DNA of 64,000 nucleotides from an uncultured Candidatus Saccharibacteria bacterium (GTDB lineage Bacteria; Patescibacteriota; CAZHWT01): NCBI GenBank assembly GCA_964554805.1, contig CAZKPX010000004.1, positions 72,439 to 136,438 of the forward strand, read 5' to 3'. Shown piece by piece: positions 38,154 to 47,506 of this stretch (position 1 is its first letter; each line of letters starts with the position of its first letter). The notes under the pieces were generated by a model. It saw only the letters and a program-made list of their open reading frames with translations, ran no database searches and was not told where the DNA came from. The position numbers and the translations under genes were made by a program.

Positions 38154-39056
38154 TCAGGCCTTTAGTGATCGGCGCATAGCTATAGATGAACCCAATATAC
38201 CCAATAGTGTACCAAACAAGCATAGACCTAACAATAAGCCACCAAAAACCGGCAGTACCGCAATTGGGAAAATGTTGATGTTGGCGAGCCACTTTTGCAA
38301 GCTATTTGCTACCCACGGCAGGCTAGCATAGACGATAGTAACTGAGATAATCGCTGAAATAACGCCATACAATATGCCTTCTACGATAAACGGTCCGCGA
38401 ATATACCAATTACTTGCTCCGACCAAACGCATCACTTCGATTTCATCTTTAAAGGCAGCAATATTGAGGCCGATGGTGACAAGCATGATAAGGAAGGACA
38501 CTGTCAGCAAGAATCCGACCAATCCAATTCCCACCCATCGACCAGTGTCTATCCACGACGACAGGCGCTCTGCTAGATCCTGGTTGTAGCTGATTTCGTC
38601 GATCATTGAGGCGTATTTTTCCTGCTGGACTAGAGTCATCAAGCTGTCGAGATCATCAAGATTGTTGGCCGCAATACCTATTGAAGAAGGCAGGGTGACT
38701 TCGGGCAAACTTTCTCGAATCTTGGCATCTTCTTCTTGACCAAGTGTTTGCTTGAACTCGTTTAGAGCTTGTTCTTGGGAGATAAAACTGACTTCTTTGA
38801 GGCGGCCGGTAGCTACTAAATCAGATTGGAGTTGATCGATGCTGGATTGGGCGGCGTCATCATTAAAGTAGACGATGGCTAAGGGTTGCTGTTCAAAATA
38901 GCGGAGAATCTGGTTAGACGCCAGGATGGTCAGAATGAACAATGACAGCATAAAGAAGGTCAGAGTCATAACAGACAAAGCGGCCAAGGTGTGCCAACCG
39001 TGGCGTTGCATGTGTAGAATGGCGGTGCGAATAATGCGTGTCGGTCCAGTAAGCAT
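38154..39056 (-). CDS. ftsX: Cell-division ABC transporter permease FtsX.
   Basis: 300 aa with 4 TM helices and a large periplasmic loop after TM1. It is adjacent to ftsE. Confidence 0.8.
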   Translation of the reverse strand: MLTGPTRIIRTAILHMQRHGWHTLAALSVMTLTFFMLSLFILTILASNQILRYFEQQPLAIVYFNDDAAQSSIDQLQSDLVATGRLKEVSFISQEQALNEFKQTLGQEEDAKIRESLPEVTLPSSIGIAANNLDDLDSLMTLVQQEKYASMIDEISYNQDLAERLSSWIDTGRWVGIGLVGFLLTVSFLIMLVTIGLNIAAFKDEIEVMRLVGASNWYIRGPFIVEGILYGVISAIISVTIVYASLPWVANSLQKWLANINIFPIAVLPVFGGLLLGLCLFGTLLGILGSSIAMRRSLKA

Positions 39057-39072
39057 AGTAGAATTCCCGGGA

Positions 39073-39756
39073 TTACCCTAGGTCGTATGTCCCCTCTGGA
39101 GTGTCTTTGGCTATTTTACCTTTTTTTACCACGACTACTCGCTTTTTCATAGCGTTTACAATATCAGCGTTGTGGGTAACCATCAAAACGGTTGTTCCCC
39201 AACTGTTAATTTTGTTTAGTAGTTCTACAATTTCCCAGGAGGTAGCTGGATCGAGGTTACCAGTCGGCTCATCGGCCAGCAGGACGGTTGGTTCGTGAAC
39301 CAGCGCTCTGGCGATGGCTACCCGCTGCGTTTCGCCGCCCGATAGCTCAAGCGGAAAAGCGTTGGCTCTATCTTCTAAGCTAACCATCTTGAGCATATAT
39401 GGCACAACCTTATTTATTTCTTGACGGGGTTTGCCGGCGACTTCCAGGGCAAAGGCTACGTTTTCGGCCACGGTTAATCGAGGCAGAACACGGAAGTTCT
39501 GAAAAATCATGCCCATATTGCGACGGAGCTTGGGCACCTGACGGTTTTTGACTTGATCAACGCGCATATCGTTGAGCCAGACTTCCCCTGATGAGGGCAG
39601 CTCTTCGCGCATTAGTAATTTAAAAAGAGTGCTCTTGCCGGCTCCAGAAGGGCCGATCAAAAAGGCAAACTCCCCGTCATTCAGGCGGAGATCAACATTT
39701 TTTAAGGCGTACTTGCCAGTGGAATATTCTTTGGAAACGTTTTTGTAATGAATCAT
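39073..39756 (-). CDS. ftsE: Cell-division ATP-binding protein FtsE.
   Basis: Walker A GPSGAGKST, signature LSGGETQRVAIARAL, and Walker B LLADEPTGNLD. The start is set at M(IHYKNV). The upstream ORF extension runs into the repeat. Confidence 0.85.
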   Translation of the reverse strand: MIHYKNVSKEYSTGKYALKNVDLRLNDGEFAFLIGPSGAGKSTLFKLLMREELPSSGEVWLNDMRVDQVKNRQVPKLRRNMGMIFQNFRVLPRLTVAENVAFALEVAGKPRQEINKVVPYMLKMVSLEDRANAFPLELSGGETQRVAIARALVHEPTVLLADEPTGNLDPATSWEIVELLNKINSWGTTVLMVTHNADIVNAMKKRVVVVKKGKIAKDTPEGTYDLG

Positions 39757-39837
39757 GGGCAGAACAGAATTGCACAGAAATGCAACAATGCACTCTTCTA
39801 AGTTATCAAACAGGGGATGAGGGGTCAAGGGGGAAAC

Positions 39838-40239
39838 AAAAGGCAAAGGGTAAAGGGCAAAGGGCAAAAGTTAAAGGCAAAAGTTATAAAATATTAACCA
39901 CCGGCATTCGTCATTGCGATCTGCTTACCGCCAAAAGCCATTGTTTTTGTATGTCATTTTTTCACATCAAATAAACACTACTTACTACTCTTAATGGCTG
40001 GGGGTAGGGTTGAATTTGTTTAGGGCCTCTCCCCCGTCAAGCTAGGAGACCAGTATTTGAGGTGAAAGAAATGAATACAGGGTTTATTAAAATGCAGAAG
40101 ACAAGAGACAAGAGACAGAAGACAAGAGACACGGGACGCGGCGAGGCTTGTCAGTAATCTTTGATTTTTGACTTTAATTTTTGCCCTTTGCCCTTTGCCT
40201 TTTGCCTTTTGCCCTTTGCCCTTTGCCCTTTGCCTTTCC
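39838..40239 (+). repeat. MITE-like composite element, full copy f, occupying the ftsE/prfB divergent intergenic region (hairpin core at about 39931-40100).
   Basis: The left arm aaaaggcaaagggtaaagggcaaagggcaaaagttaaaggcaaaagtt, the core, a GACAAGA tract (acaagagacaagagacagaagacaagagacacgggacgcg), and a right arm with (CCCTTTG/CCTTTTG)x8. Confidence 0.7.
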
Positions 40240-40313
40240 TTGTGTCCTTTCGAGTTTTCAGTTTAAGGCTTGTCTGGTATACTGCGGGCTGGAATTTTAT
40301 ACTTGGAACGCTT

Positions 40314-41396
40314 ATGGAAGATTTTCGTAAATATTTTCAATCGCACGCTGATCGGCTTGACTCTATAGGAGAAAAGCTTAATTTGGATACAAAGACTGAG
40401 CGAATTGCAGAATTGGAGTTGATGGTTAGTCAGCCGGACTTTTGGGATAATCCCGACCATGCGGGCAAGCTGAGTCAAGAGCTGGGTGATCTGGTAAAAG
40501 AAAAAGCTGCTCTAGATGGACTAAGCAATCGCATCAATGCAGGTTTGGAGTTGGCCGCCAGCGATGATGCTTCAATAATGGAAGATGAGTTAACTGCTGA
40601 AAATAGTACCTTGTCCAAAGAACTTGACCGATTAGAGCTTCAAACTTATTTATCCGGCAAGCATGATAGCGGAGGTGCGATAATCACCCTCCACGCCGGC
40701 CAAGGTGGGACGGAAGCCATGGATTGGACAGAGATGCTGTTTCGGATGTACTTGCGCTACGCCGAGCGTCAGGGCTGGAAAACTGAGATAACTGAATTGG
40801 TCAAGGGCGAAGAAGCTGGTATCAAGTCTGTGGGTATAGAAGTTCAGGGCAAGCTGGCTTATGGCTACCTTAAGAATGAATCTGGTACTCATCGATTGGT
40901 TCGACAATCGCCGTTCAATGCTGATAACTTGCGACAGACATCCTTTTCTTTGGCGGAGGTTATGCCGATTATTGATCATGATACCGAGGTTGATATTCGA
41001 TCAGAAGATATTGAATTCGAAGCTTTCCGAGCTGGTGGAGCGGGCGGTCAAAATGTTAATAAAGTTAATACCGCTGTCCGCATCGTGCACAAACCGAGTG
41101 GCATAGTGGTGACTGCTTCCAGTGAGCGATCTCAGCTACAGAATCGTGAATCTGCCATGAGAATCCTGCGAGCCAAACTATTTATTATTCAGGAAGAAGA
41201 GCGACGCAAATCTGATGCCTTGCTTAAAGGCGAGTACCGTACTCCGGGATGGGGTAATCAAATTCGCTCATATGTCCTCCACCCTTATCAAATGGTAAAA
41301 GATCACCGAACTGACTATGAGACTAGTGACACTTCAGGGGTACTGGATGGTGATATCCAGGCTTTTATTGAAGCTGAGATGAAGCGCGTTGACTAG
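40314..41396 (+). CDS. prfB: Peptide chain release factor 2, with no programmed +1 frameshift site.
   Basis: [18 protein letters not shown], the GGQ motif ([27 protein letters not shown]) and an SPF tripeptide. The reading frame is continuous from MEDFRKYF. The upstream TTG-initiated extension through the GCAAAGG repeats is not taken as coding. Confidence 0.9.
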   Translation: MEDFRKYFQSHADRLDSIGEKLNLDTKTERIAELELMVSQPDFWDNPDHAGKLSQELGDLVKEKAALDGLSNRINAGLELAASDDASIMEDELTAENSTLSKELDRLELQTYLSGKHDSGGAIITLHAGQGGTEAMDWTEMLFRMYLRYAERQGWKTEITELVKGEEAGIKSVGIEVQGKLAYGYLKNESGTHRLVRQSPFNADNLRQTSFSLAEVMPIIDHDTEVDIRSEDIEFEAFRAGGAGGQNVNKVNTAVRIVHKPSGIVVTASSERSQLQNRESAMRILRAKLFIIQEEERRKSDALLKGEYRTPGWGNQIRSYVLHPYQMVKDHRTDYETSDTSGVLDGDIQAFIEAEMKRVD

Positions 41397-41437
41397 GTTA
41401 AACTCCGTAGTTAAGGATTTAGGATTTAGAGTTCAGC

Positions 41438-44400
41438 TTAAACATTCCCTTGTTCAATATCATTAGGGATTAGGCCGGAGAAGTCATCACCCGCTTCAGC
41501 TGTTCCCTCATCAGATCGTCGAGGACCAGCATCATAATCTCGTTGCCTTGATTTCTTTGGCCTGGTGGCTGTTATGTCATTGGCTGTTATGTCATTGTCA
41601 GCCTGCTCATCATCAGCAACGTCGTTTAATTTAATATCTGAATCTTTCTTGCGTCCATTTTCCAGAGCAAAGCTCTCTAGTTCATCAAAGCTAATTTTAT
41701 CCTGAGCTTTATCTGATATATGCTTAAGCACTTGCTCGACGGCTGCTTTATTTAATTTGGGGTACAGCATAGTAATCGTTTGTCGTAGCTGCCTTTGGCT
41801 TTGGCTGGCACTCGCTTTGGCTAGGCTATTAACAACAGAAGCGTAGTTATCTATAGTCACTTGGCCAAGATTGCTTGGTTCGGCGGTGGCTTGCTCAGGC
41901 TGATCGGATGCCTCCTCTTCGGGTTCGCTAGTTGTAAGCTCAGGCTCATTATCTATGGTGGACTGAATAGCTGGTGAAACTACTTGTTGTGGCACTTCGA
42001 CCGCATCTATGGCATCGGACTTGACTAGCTTCTTGCGTATTCCTTCAGCTGCTGCACCGTTTGCTAATTGGCGCATGTCACGGAGGCGATTTTCTACCTC
42101 TGTGTTCTGCCACTGATCAAATAGTTGTTTCATATAAGCTTGCAGCTCATCTTTGACTTGTGGCCAGCGTGGATCTTGGGCGTTCTTCATTTTTAGAACT
42201 TTCCGCGCTTGTGAGTATGCCCGTTTCCTAATATTGTTCTTATCATTAGGGGTCAGCACTTCTTTATAGGCATGTTTCATAAACCTCGTTGGATTGAACC
42301 TATCGTCGACAAAGGCATTTTTCAACTCAACACGAGGTAGGGCGCCGGGGCTTGTTAGGGTCTCAGTTGGAGCCGTTGGGTGTGTGGGCTGGGTTGGTTC
42401 TGGTTGCGTAGGGGGGGCTGGCTCCGTTGGAGGTGTGGGTTCTGATTCTGTGGGAGGCAATGGTTCTGCTGGTGCTGGTGGCTCCGGCTGAGTTGGGGTA
42501 GGCGGCTCTATTGGGGTAGGCGGCTCTATTGGGTCTGGTTCTGGCTGTGTCGGAGTCGCTGGTTCTGCAGGTTCAGTTCCAGTTGGAGTCGGTGGGGCCG
42601 TTGGTTCGGGCTCAGTTGGGGCTGGCGGTTCAGGTTGGATTGGTGCTCGCGGATCGGTAGGTTCTGGTTCTGGCTCTACGGGAGGCATCGGCTCTGCTGG
42701 TACTGGTGGCTCCGGCTGAGTTGGAGTTGGCGGTTCGGGTCGGGTCGGGGTTGTAGGTTCTACAGGAGGTGCGGGCTGGGCTGGTTCGGGTTGGGTTGGG
42801 GTAGGTGGATTTATTGGCTCTGGTTGTGGCTCTGGCTCTGGTTCTGGTTCTGGTTGTGGCTGTGTTGGGATAGGCGGCTCAGTGGGTTCAGACTCTGTCG
42901 GTACTAGCGGATCGGTAGGTTCTGGTTCTGGCGCTGTTGGGGTTGCAGGCTCGGGTTCTGTTGGAGCTGTCGGCTCAGTTGGGTCTATTGGTGAGGTTGG
43001 TTCAGGTTGAGTCGGGGCTGTAGGTTCTGGCTCTGGTTGAGTTGGCTCTGGTTCGGTGGGTGCCGACGGCTCTGTTGGAGTTGCAGGCTGGATCGGCTCA
43101 GGTTGAGCTGGAGTTGTGGGTTCTATAGGCTCTGGTTCTGGCGGCGTAGTTGGGGTGGCTGGGTCCGTTGGTGCTGCCGGCTCTGTAGGCGCTACTGGCT
43201 CTGTTGGCTCAGGTCCGGTTGGTACTGTTGGATTTGTTGGCGCCGTGGGATCCGCTGGCTCTGGTTCAGGTTGAGTTGGCTTGGATGGCGAAGCAGGTCT
43301 GGCTTCTGCTGGACTTAAGTTTCTTCCCCAACCAAGAGACGTTAGGGGCACAAATGATTCAGAGCTATTAGTCTCCTCGACTGAAGTGGCCATCTCTTCA
43401 TCCGGCACACCAGTTCCACGCCCACCATCCGCCATCTGCATATCCTCATTGCTTACATCAGCGCCATTGCCTCTTGCTCCGTCTGACATGGCAGGGGTAG
43501 CCGGGTGTGCTTCTTGGTTTTGAACCATTTCGCTGTCGATTGAGCGAGCTCTTGAATACTCTGAGCGATCAGGGTTTAAATCTTGAACATTTTCAGGGAC
43601 TACTGTGGAGCGACCCTGGATAGTTTCGCTGTCGATTGAGCGATTTGTATCAACGACAGCCGGGGCTGAGGGCTGGTTTTGAACCATTTCGCTGTCAAGT
43701 CTTGGGGTTGGGTTGTAGTTATTGTTGGCTAGGTGTTGGTCTTGGACATTTTCAGGAACTAGGTGAGAGCGACCGCCTACTGTTTCGCTGTCGATTGAGC
43801 GAGCTCTTGAATACTCTGAGCGATCAGGGTTTAAATCTTGAACATTTTCAGGGACTACTGTGGAGCGACCCTGGATAGTTTCGCTGTCGATTGAGCGATT
43901 TGTATCAACGACAGCCGGGGCTGAGGGCTGGTTTTGAACCATTTCGCTGTCAAGTCTTGGGGTTGGGTTGTAGTTATTGTTGGCTAGGTGTTGGTCTTGG
44001 ACATTTTCAGGAACTAGGTGAGAGCGACCGCCTACTGTTTCGCTGTCGATTGAGCGGAATAAGTCTGGCACGTCATCTGATGGAAGTGGGTCTAGTGGCT
44101 TCTTATCTGGAGGATCAATTATTTCATCTTCTTGAGAGGCACCTGGGCCAGTGGCTGTTTGTTCTACTGCAGTCGTGCCATCAAGCTCTAACTGTCCCAT
44201 GAGCTCAGAGTCAATGTCTCTAGCGGGTACGCTGGCCAAGAAGGTTACTGAGCCGTTTTCATTCTGCACTCCTACACCTAAGCGCTCAAAGTCAAATTCT
44301 AGTTCTCCAGTAGTAGGGTTTTTGTTGACAAGCTCTGGTGGCAATGTGTCTAGGTCTACTGACAGCGTGCCGTCTGGGTTGAGTGGGATAATAATATCTC

Positions 44401-47400
44401 GCGCAGATTCGGAACCATATGATTCTGTGCTAAATACAGCTACTCTTTGACCCTCAGGAATATCGCCAGACATACCGCTAGTATCGATGACTAGTTGACC
44501 ATCATTGGCATCCAGCAGCAACAGCTGTTCATTGGGGCTACCGGTAATAGCTGAGTCTAGGCTAGAATCCCTTTCAATAAAGTCATAGCTCGATCCTCGA
44601 ATCTCGCTAGCTTCGGGGTTTGCCTGATCGCCGTTCAGCTCAGCGGACTGATTTTCGACACTGTCAGAGGGGCTGGATGAGGCTGGCTGACTACTGTCTG
44701 AATCAATGACATTATCAGGATCCCCCAGCTCGATGGTTTGATTGCCCGCCACATCTTGTGAAGATCCCGGTACGTTGCTATAGATATCTGCCGCCGATTG
44801 ATTCTGCTGAGCAATTGGAGTTTGATTGATTGCCCCCACATCCTTGGAAGAATCTGGTAGATTATCATAGGCATCTCTGGGAGAGGCATAAGGGGGGATG
44901 CTTTTATCAGTTGGATTTTGCATACTCAAGTCTCTTGGGGACGGAGACAAACTATTGTATGGGTCGACAACCTGATCGGCATTATTTGACGGAATTGCTG
45001 GGCTAAAAATTGGATTATCTTTTGATGACTCAGGTAGATTGTTATATATCTCTCTCGGTGAGACATAGGGTGGGATATTTTTGACTTCTGGTGCTGGGAC
45101 AGACACATCTTGCGATGAACCAGGGAGATTATTGTAAATATCAACAACAGGACTCTTGGGAGGCAGTTCATGCATTATATGCGGTTGATCTATCTGCATA
45201 TCTGGTAGCTCGGTAGCTGAAGCAGATTGTGGGAACAGTCCTCCCATTACTACCTTTAACGGTTTTCTTAGTATCGTCGTTACTTCCGGAGACATCTGCT
45301 GGGCATGATATTGGGCCACATCAAGACCTAACCGTGCTGCTCGCTGAGCATCTTCAAGATTATCTTCGGCATAGTCTGCGGCGCGATTGGCGCTAGATTG
45401 GACTATGTCTGGGCTGGCTTCGAAGATTTGTTTGGCCTGATCTTGAGCTGCATCAATTAATGACGAAGTGTCTGCTTGCAAGTCATCCACAACTCGGCTA
45501 ACATCATCGCCTGCATAACCTTGAGCTAAGTCCCAGCCGACATTTGCTACTTCAACGGAATCTTCAACAACATTTGCAACGGTATTTATTCCAGAATAAG
45601 CTTTTTGTCTTAGAGAATCGGCGTTTCTATCTGCGCTATCTTGTAGGTAATCTCTAGCAGTGCCCAAAGCATCCACGCCATCACCTACCTGCTCTTTAAC
45701 CACATCCATTCCCTCTTGGGCTCGATCTTGGCCGTAATCTACAAGGGTGTTTAACGTGTCAATACTGCCAGTTGATCGATTCTGGATGGCACCAATTGCT
45801 TGGCCAGCTTGCCCCTGACCATAATCAACGACAATGTCGGTATTAGTTCTAATAGCACCAACAGTATCAGCTGCATACTGCTGACCACCGTCTACAATTA
45901 AGCCGGGTACCATACCGAGGCCGGCTTTGGTGTCTGTCGCATAATCCACGACATAGTCTTTGGCTGAAACTGCCCTGTCGCCTAAAGCGCCAATCTTGCC
46001 GGTAACCGCATCTTGGGCTGCATCAACTCTATCATTGACAAGATCGCTAAAAGCGTCCTTTCCCCATCCTAGTGTTATTGTAGTTACTGCAGCAACAGCG
46101 GCCCCCACTATGGCGTGCCTGGTAACATAATCACGGCGGCGTTTTTTAGCATCAACTACTTCTGACTCGGCCTCACGCTGCTTGGCGCTTAGACTATCTT
46201 GCAAATCTTGATCCAGTTTAAATTGCTCAATATAGGTCTGTAATTGAGCTTGCTGCCTGAGCAGCGTTAACTCTTGTCGCTGTTTTGTTTCTTTGACGAA
46301 AGCTAGTGCTTGGTAACCTTCATTACGTTGCTTTTGAACTGAAACTAGTTGAGATAGATGACTGACCAAAGTTTGTGATTGTTCGGGGGACAAGGATTGA
46401 TCTGCTTGGATCTCTTTTAACTGCTCGATCAGCTGACTATTTTGATCGATAAGGGTGTTGGCCTCTGTTCTGTCGCCGATAACATGTTCTATTTTTTGGC
46501 GTCTTTTATCGAGAGGCTTACTTTCATCTGTATAGCCATATTCTATTTCCTTGCTAACTTGATTAAGAGCTCGGCTAGACCTCATGGCGCCACGAATAGC
46601 ACCGCCTGCCGTAGCTCCGCCTAAAAATGCCACATATTTCATACCAAAAATAGCAGCTGCCACGCCTCCTGCAAGAATGGGGTTGGACAATGAATCGGTG
46701 GCAAGATTCTTGAGGGCATTGACGAGTGGAGGAGCATTTTGATACCATTTTTTAACCTGAGCCGCAGGAATATCTAAGCCATCCAACTTAACGAATTTTT
46801 GACTTTTATCTATCTCGCCTTCATTTGCCAGATAGAATTGCTTGGCATTCTCAGCAACATGGACGATGTCGTCAAAGACTAGGGCACCCTCTTTGGCTAG
46901 CTGTGGGAATTGATTGGATAATTCGCTAATAAGAGCAGAGCGAGTACTGTTTAACTCATCCAGCGTTATATCATCCATCGCATATTGCTGGACCGCATCT
47001 TCGACTTTGCTTAGGAATTCCTGTTTGGCATCAAGCTGGTCTTGGCTTTCTTCAACAGCTGGCTGGTTTTTTGACAGCTCGACCTCTAGCTCTTGGCGTG
47101 CCTGCATCTCTTCTATAGAAAAAACCGGACGAGATGCAACATTATCTGCCGCACTACTAACCAAATCCATGCCGAGCATGGTTTGATTTGCCTCATCTTT
47201 AATAGTGGCCAGGCTCTCCTTGGCATATCTGTCAGCCGCCCATGTCGGCACTAGCCCCATGGTGGTTCGGGCCCATTTATTTTGTCGTTCGGCGGCTATA
47301 CGATCCGATATATTGCGTTTTAGATTGAACCAACGACTGTACCAACGTCGACTGGCTTTCATGCTTTTATAAGCCTCTTCGCTAGCCTTGGCGCGCTCGT

Positions 47401-47506
47401 CCCATTCTTTTTGGCCTTCAAGCTTGGAATATTCTTGAGCCATTTCATCCAAATTGCCAACATGGATGCTGCTATTAAATTCGGGTGAACGTCCGGGATT
47501 ATTCAT
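41438..47506 (-). CDS. Giant repetitive cell-envelope protein of 2022 aa. It has an N-terminal coiled-coil region, glycine-zipper TM segments, D/A/Y-rich approximately 20-aa repeats, four PPYxSPRxxYNNLPxSSxD repeats, a duplicated 85-aa module, an approximately 340-aa Pro/Thr/Glu-rich linker and a C-terminal globular domain.
   Basis: A single uninterrupted ORF. The repeat structure is visible at both the protein and the DNA level. No catalytic motif is recognised. Confidence 0.6.
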   Translation of the reverse strand: MNNPGRSPEFNSSIHVGNLDEMAQEYSKLEGQKEWDERAKASEEAYKSMKASRRWYSRWFNLKRNISDRIAAERQNKWARTTMGLVPTWAADRYAKESLATIKDEANQTMLGMDLVSSAADNVASRPVFSIEEMQARQELEVELSKNQPAVEESQDQLDAKQEFLSKVEDAVQQYAMDDITLDELNSTRSALISELSNQFPQLAKEGALVFDDIVHVAENAKQFYLANEGEIDKSQKFVKLDGLDIPAAQVKKWYQNAPPLVNALKNLATDSLSNPILAGGVAAAIFGMKYVAFLGGATAGGAIRGAMRSSRALNQVSKEIEYGYTDESKPLDKRRQKIEHVIGDRTEANTLIDQNSQLIEQLKEIQADQSLSPEQSQTLVSHLSQLVSVQKQRNEGYQALAFVKETKQRQELTLLRQQAQLQTYIEQFKLDQDLQDSLSAKQREAESEVVDAKKRRRDYVTRHAIVGAAVAAVTTITLGWGKDAFSDLVNDRVDAAQDAVTGKIGALGDRAVSAKDYVVDYATDTKAGLGMVPGLIVDGGQQYAADTVGAIRTNTDIVVDYGQGQAGQAIGAIQNRSTGSIDTLNTLVDYGQDRAQEGMDVVKEQVGDGVDALGTARDYLQDSADRNADSLRQKAYSGINTVANVVEDSVEVANVGWDLAQGYAGDDVSRVVDDLQADTSSLIDAAQDQAKQIFEASPDIVQSSANRAADYAEDNLEDAQRAARLGLDVAQYHAQQMSPEVTTILRKPLKVVMGGLFPQSASATELPDMQIDQPHIMHELPPKSPVVDIYNNLPGSSQDVSVPAPEVKNIPPYVSPREIYNNLPESSKDNPIFSPAIPSNNADQVVDPYNSLSPSPRDLSMQNPTDKSIPPYASPRDAYDNLPDSSKDVGAINQTPIAQQNQSAADIYSNVPGSSQDVAGNQTIELGDPDNVIDSDSSQPASSSPSDSVENQSAELNGDQANPEASEIRGSSYDFIERDSSLDSAITGSPNEQLLLLDANDGQLVIDTSGMSGDIPEGQRVAVFSTESYGSESARDIIIPLNPDGTLSVDLDTLPPELVNKNPTTGELEFDFERLGVGVQNENGSVTFLASVPARDIDSELMGQLELDGTTAVEQTATGPGASQEDEIIDPPDKKPLDPLPSDDVPDLFRSIDSETVGGRSHLVPENVQDQHLANNNYNPTPRLDSEMVQNQPSAPAVVDTNRSIDSETIQGRSTVVPENVQDLNPDRSEYSRARSIDSETVGGRSHLVPENVQDQHLANNNYNPTPRLDSEMVQNQPSAPAVVDTNRSIDSETIQGRSTVVPENVQDLNPDRSEYSRARSIDSEMVQNQEAHPATPAMSDGARGNGADVSNEDMQMADGGRGTGVPDEEMATSVEETNSSESFVPLTSLGWGRNLSPAEARPASPSKPTQPEPEPADPTAPTNPTVPTGPEPTEPVAPTEPAAPTDPATPTTPPEPEPIEPTTPAQPEPIQPATPTEPSAPTEPEPTQPEPEPTAPTQPEPTSPIDPTEPTAPTEPEPATPTAPEPEPTDPLVPTESEPTEPPIPTQPQPEPEPEPEPQPEPINPPTPTQPEPAQPAPPVEPTTPTRPEPPTPTQPEPPVPAEPMPPVEPEPEPTDPRAPIQPEPPAPTEPEPTAPPTPTGTEPAEPATPTQPEPDPIEPPTPIEPPTPTQPEPPAPAEPLPPTESEPTPPTEPAPPTQPEPTQPTHPTAPTETLTSPGALPRVELKNAFVDDRFNPTRFMKHAYKEVLTPNDKNNIRKRAYSQARKVLKMKNAQDPRWPQVKDELQAYMKQLFDQWQNTEVENRLRDMRQLANGAAAEGIRKKLVKSDAIDAVEVPQQVVSPAIQSTIDNEPELTTSEPEEEASDQPEQATAEPSNLGQVTIDNYASVVNSLAKASASQSQRQLRQTITMLYPKLNKAAVEQVLKHISDKAQDKISFDELESFALENGRKKDSDIKLNDVADDEQADNDITANDITATRPKKSRQRDYDAGPRRSDEGTAEAGDDFSGLIPNDIEQGNV
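43510..44056. repeat. Exact 255-bp tandem duplication (2 copies, each made of 96+159-bp sub-repeats) inside the giant gene.
   Basis: tcgattgagcgagctcttgaatact recurs at 43536 and 43791. tttcgctgtcgattgagcg recurs five times with alternating spacings of 96 and 159. It encodes a duplicated block of about 85 aa (RSIDSETVGGRSHLVPENVQD...). Confidence 0.85.

Noticed and set aside
40150-40250. CRISPR-like appearance of the GCAAAGG/CCCTTTG tandem arrays.
   Set aside because: The units are 7 bp with no spacers, they form inverted terminal arms of a larger element, and no cas genes are present. They are microsatellites, not CRISPR.
40161-40313. TTG-initiated 51-codon N-terminal extension of prfB ([26 protein letters not shown]..).
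   Set aside because: It is encoded by the CCCTTTG microsatellite of the repeat arm. RF2 homology begins at MEDFRKYF, where the ATG is at 40314.
40380-40400. Programmed +1 frameshift site in prfB.
   Set aside because: No in-frame TGA or CTT TGA C motif is present. The ORF is continuous.
42294-43523. Plus-strand W/C/R-rich ORFs (42294-42491, 42635-42907, 43007-43318, 43281-43523) antisense to the giant gene.
   Set aside because: They are artefacts of the low-complexity Pro/Thr-coding tract on the opposite strand. They have no RBS and their composition is implausible.
43636-44202. Two identical 80-103-aa plus-strand ORFs.
   Set aside because: They simply mirror the 255-bp DNA duplication within the minus-strand giant gene and are not independent genes.
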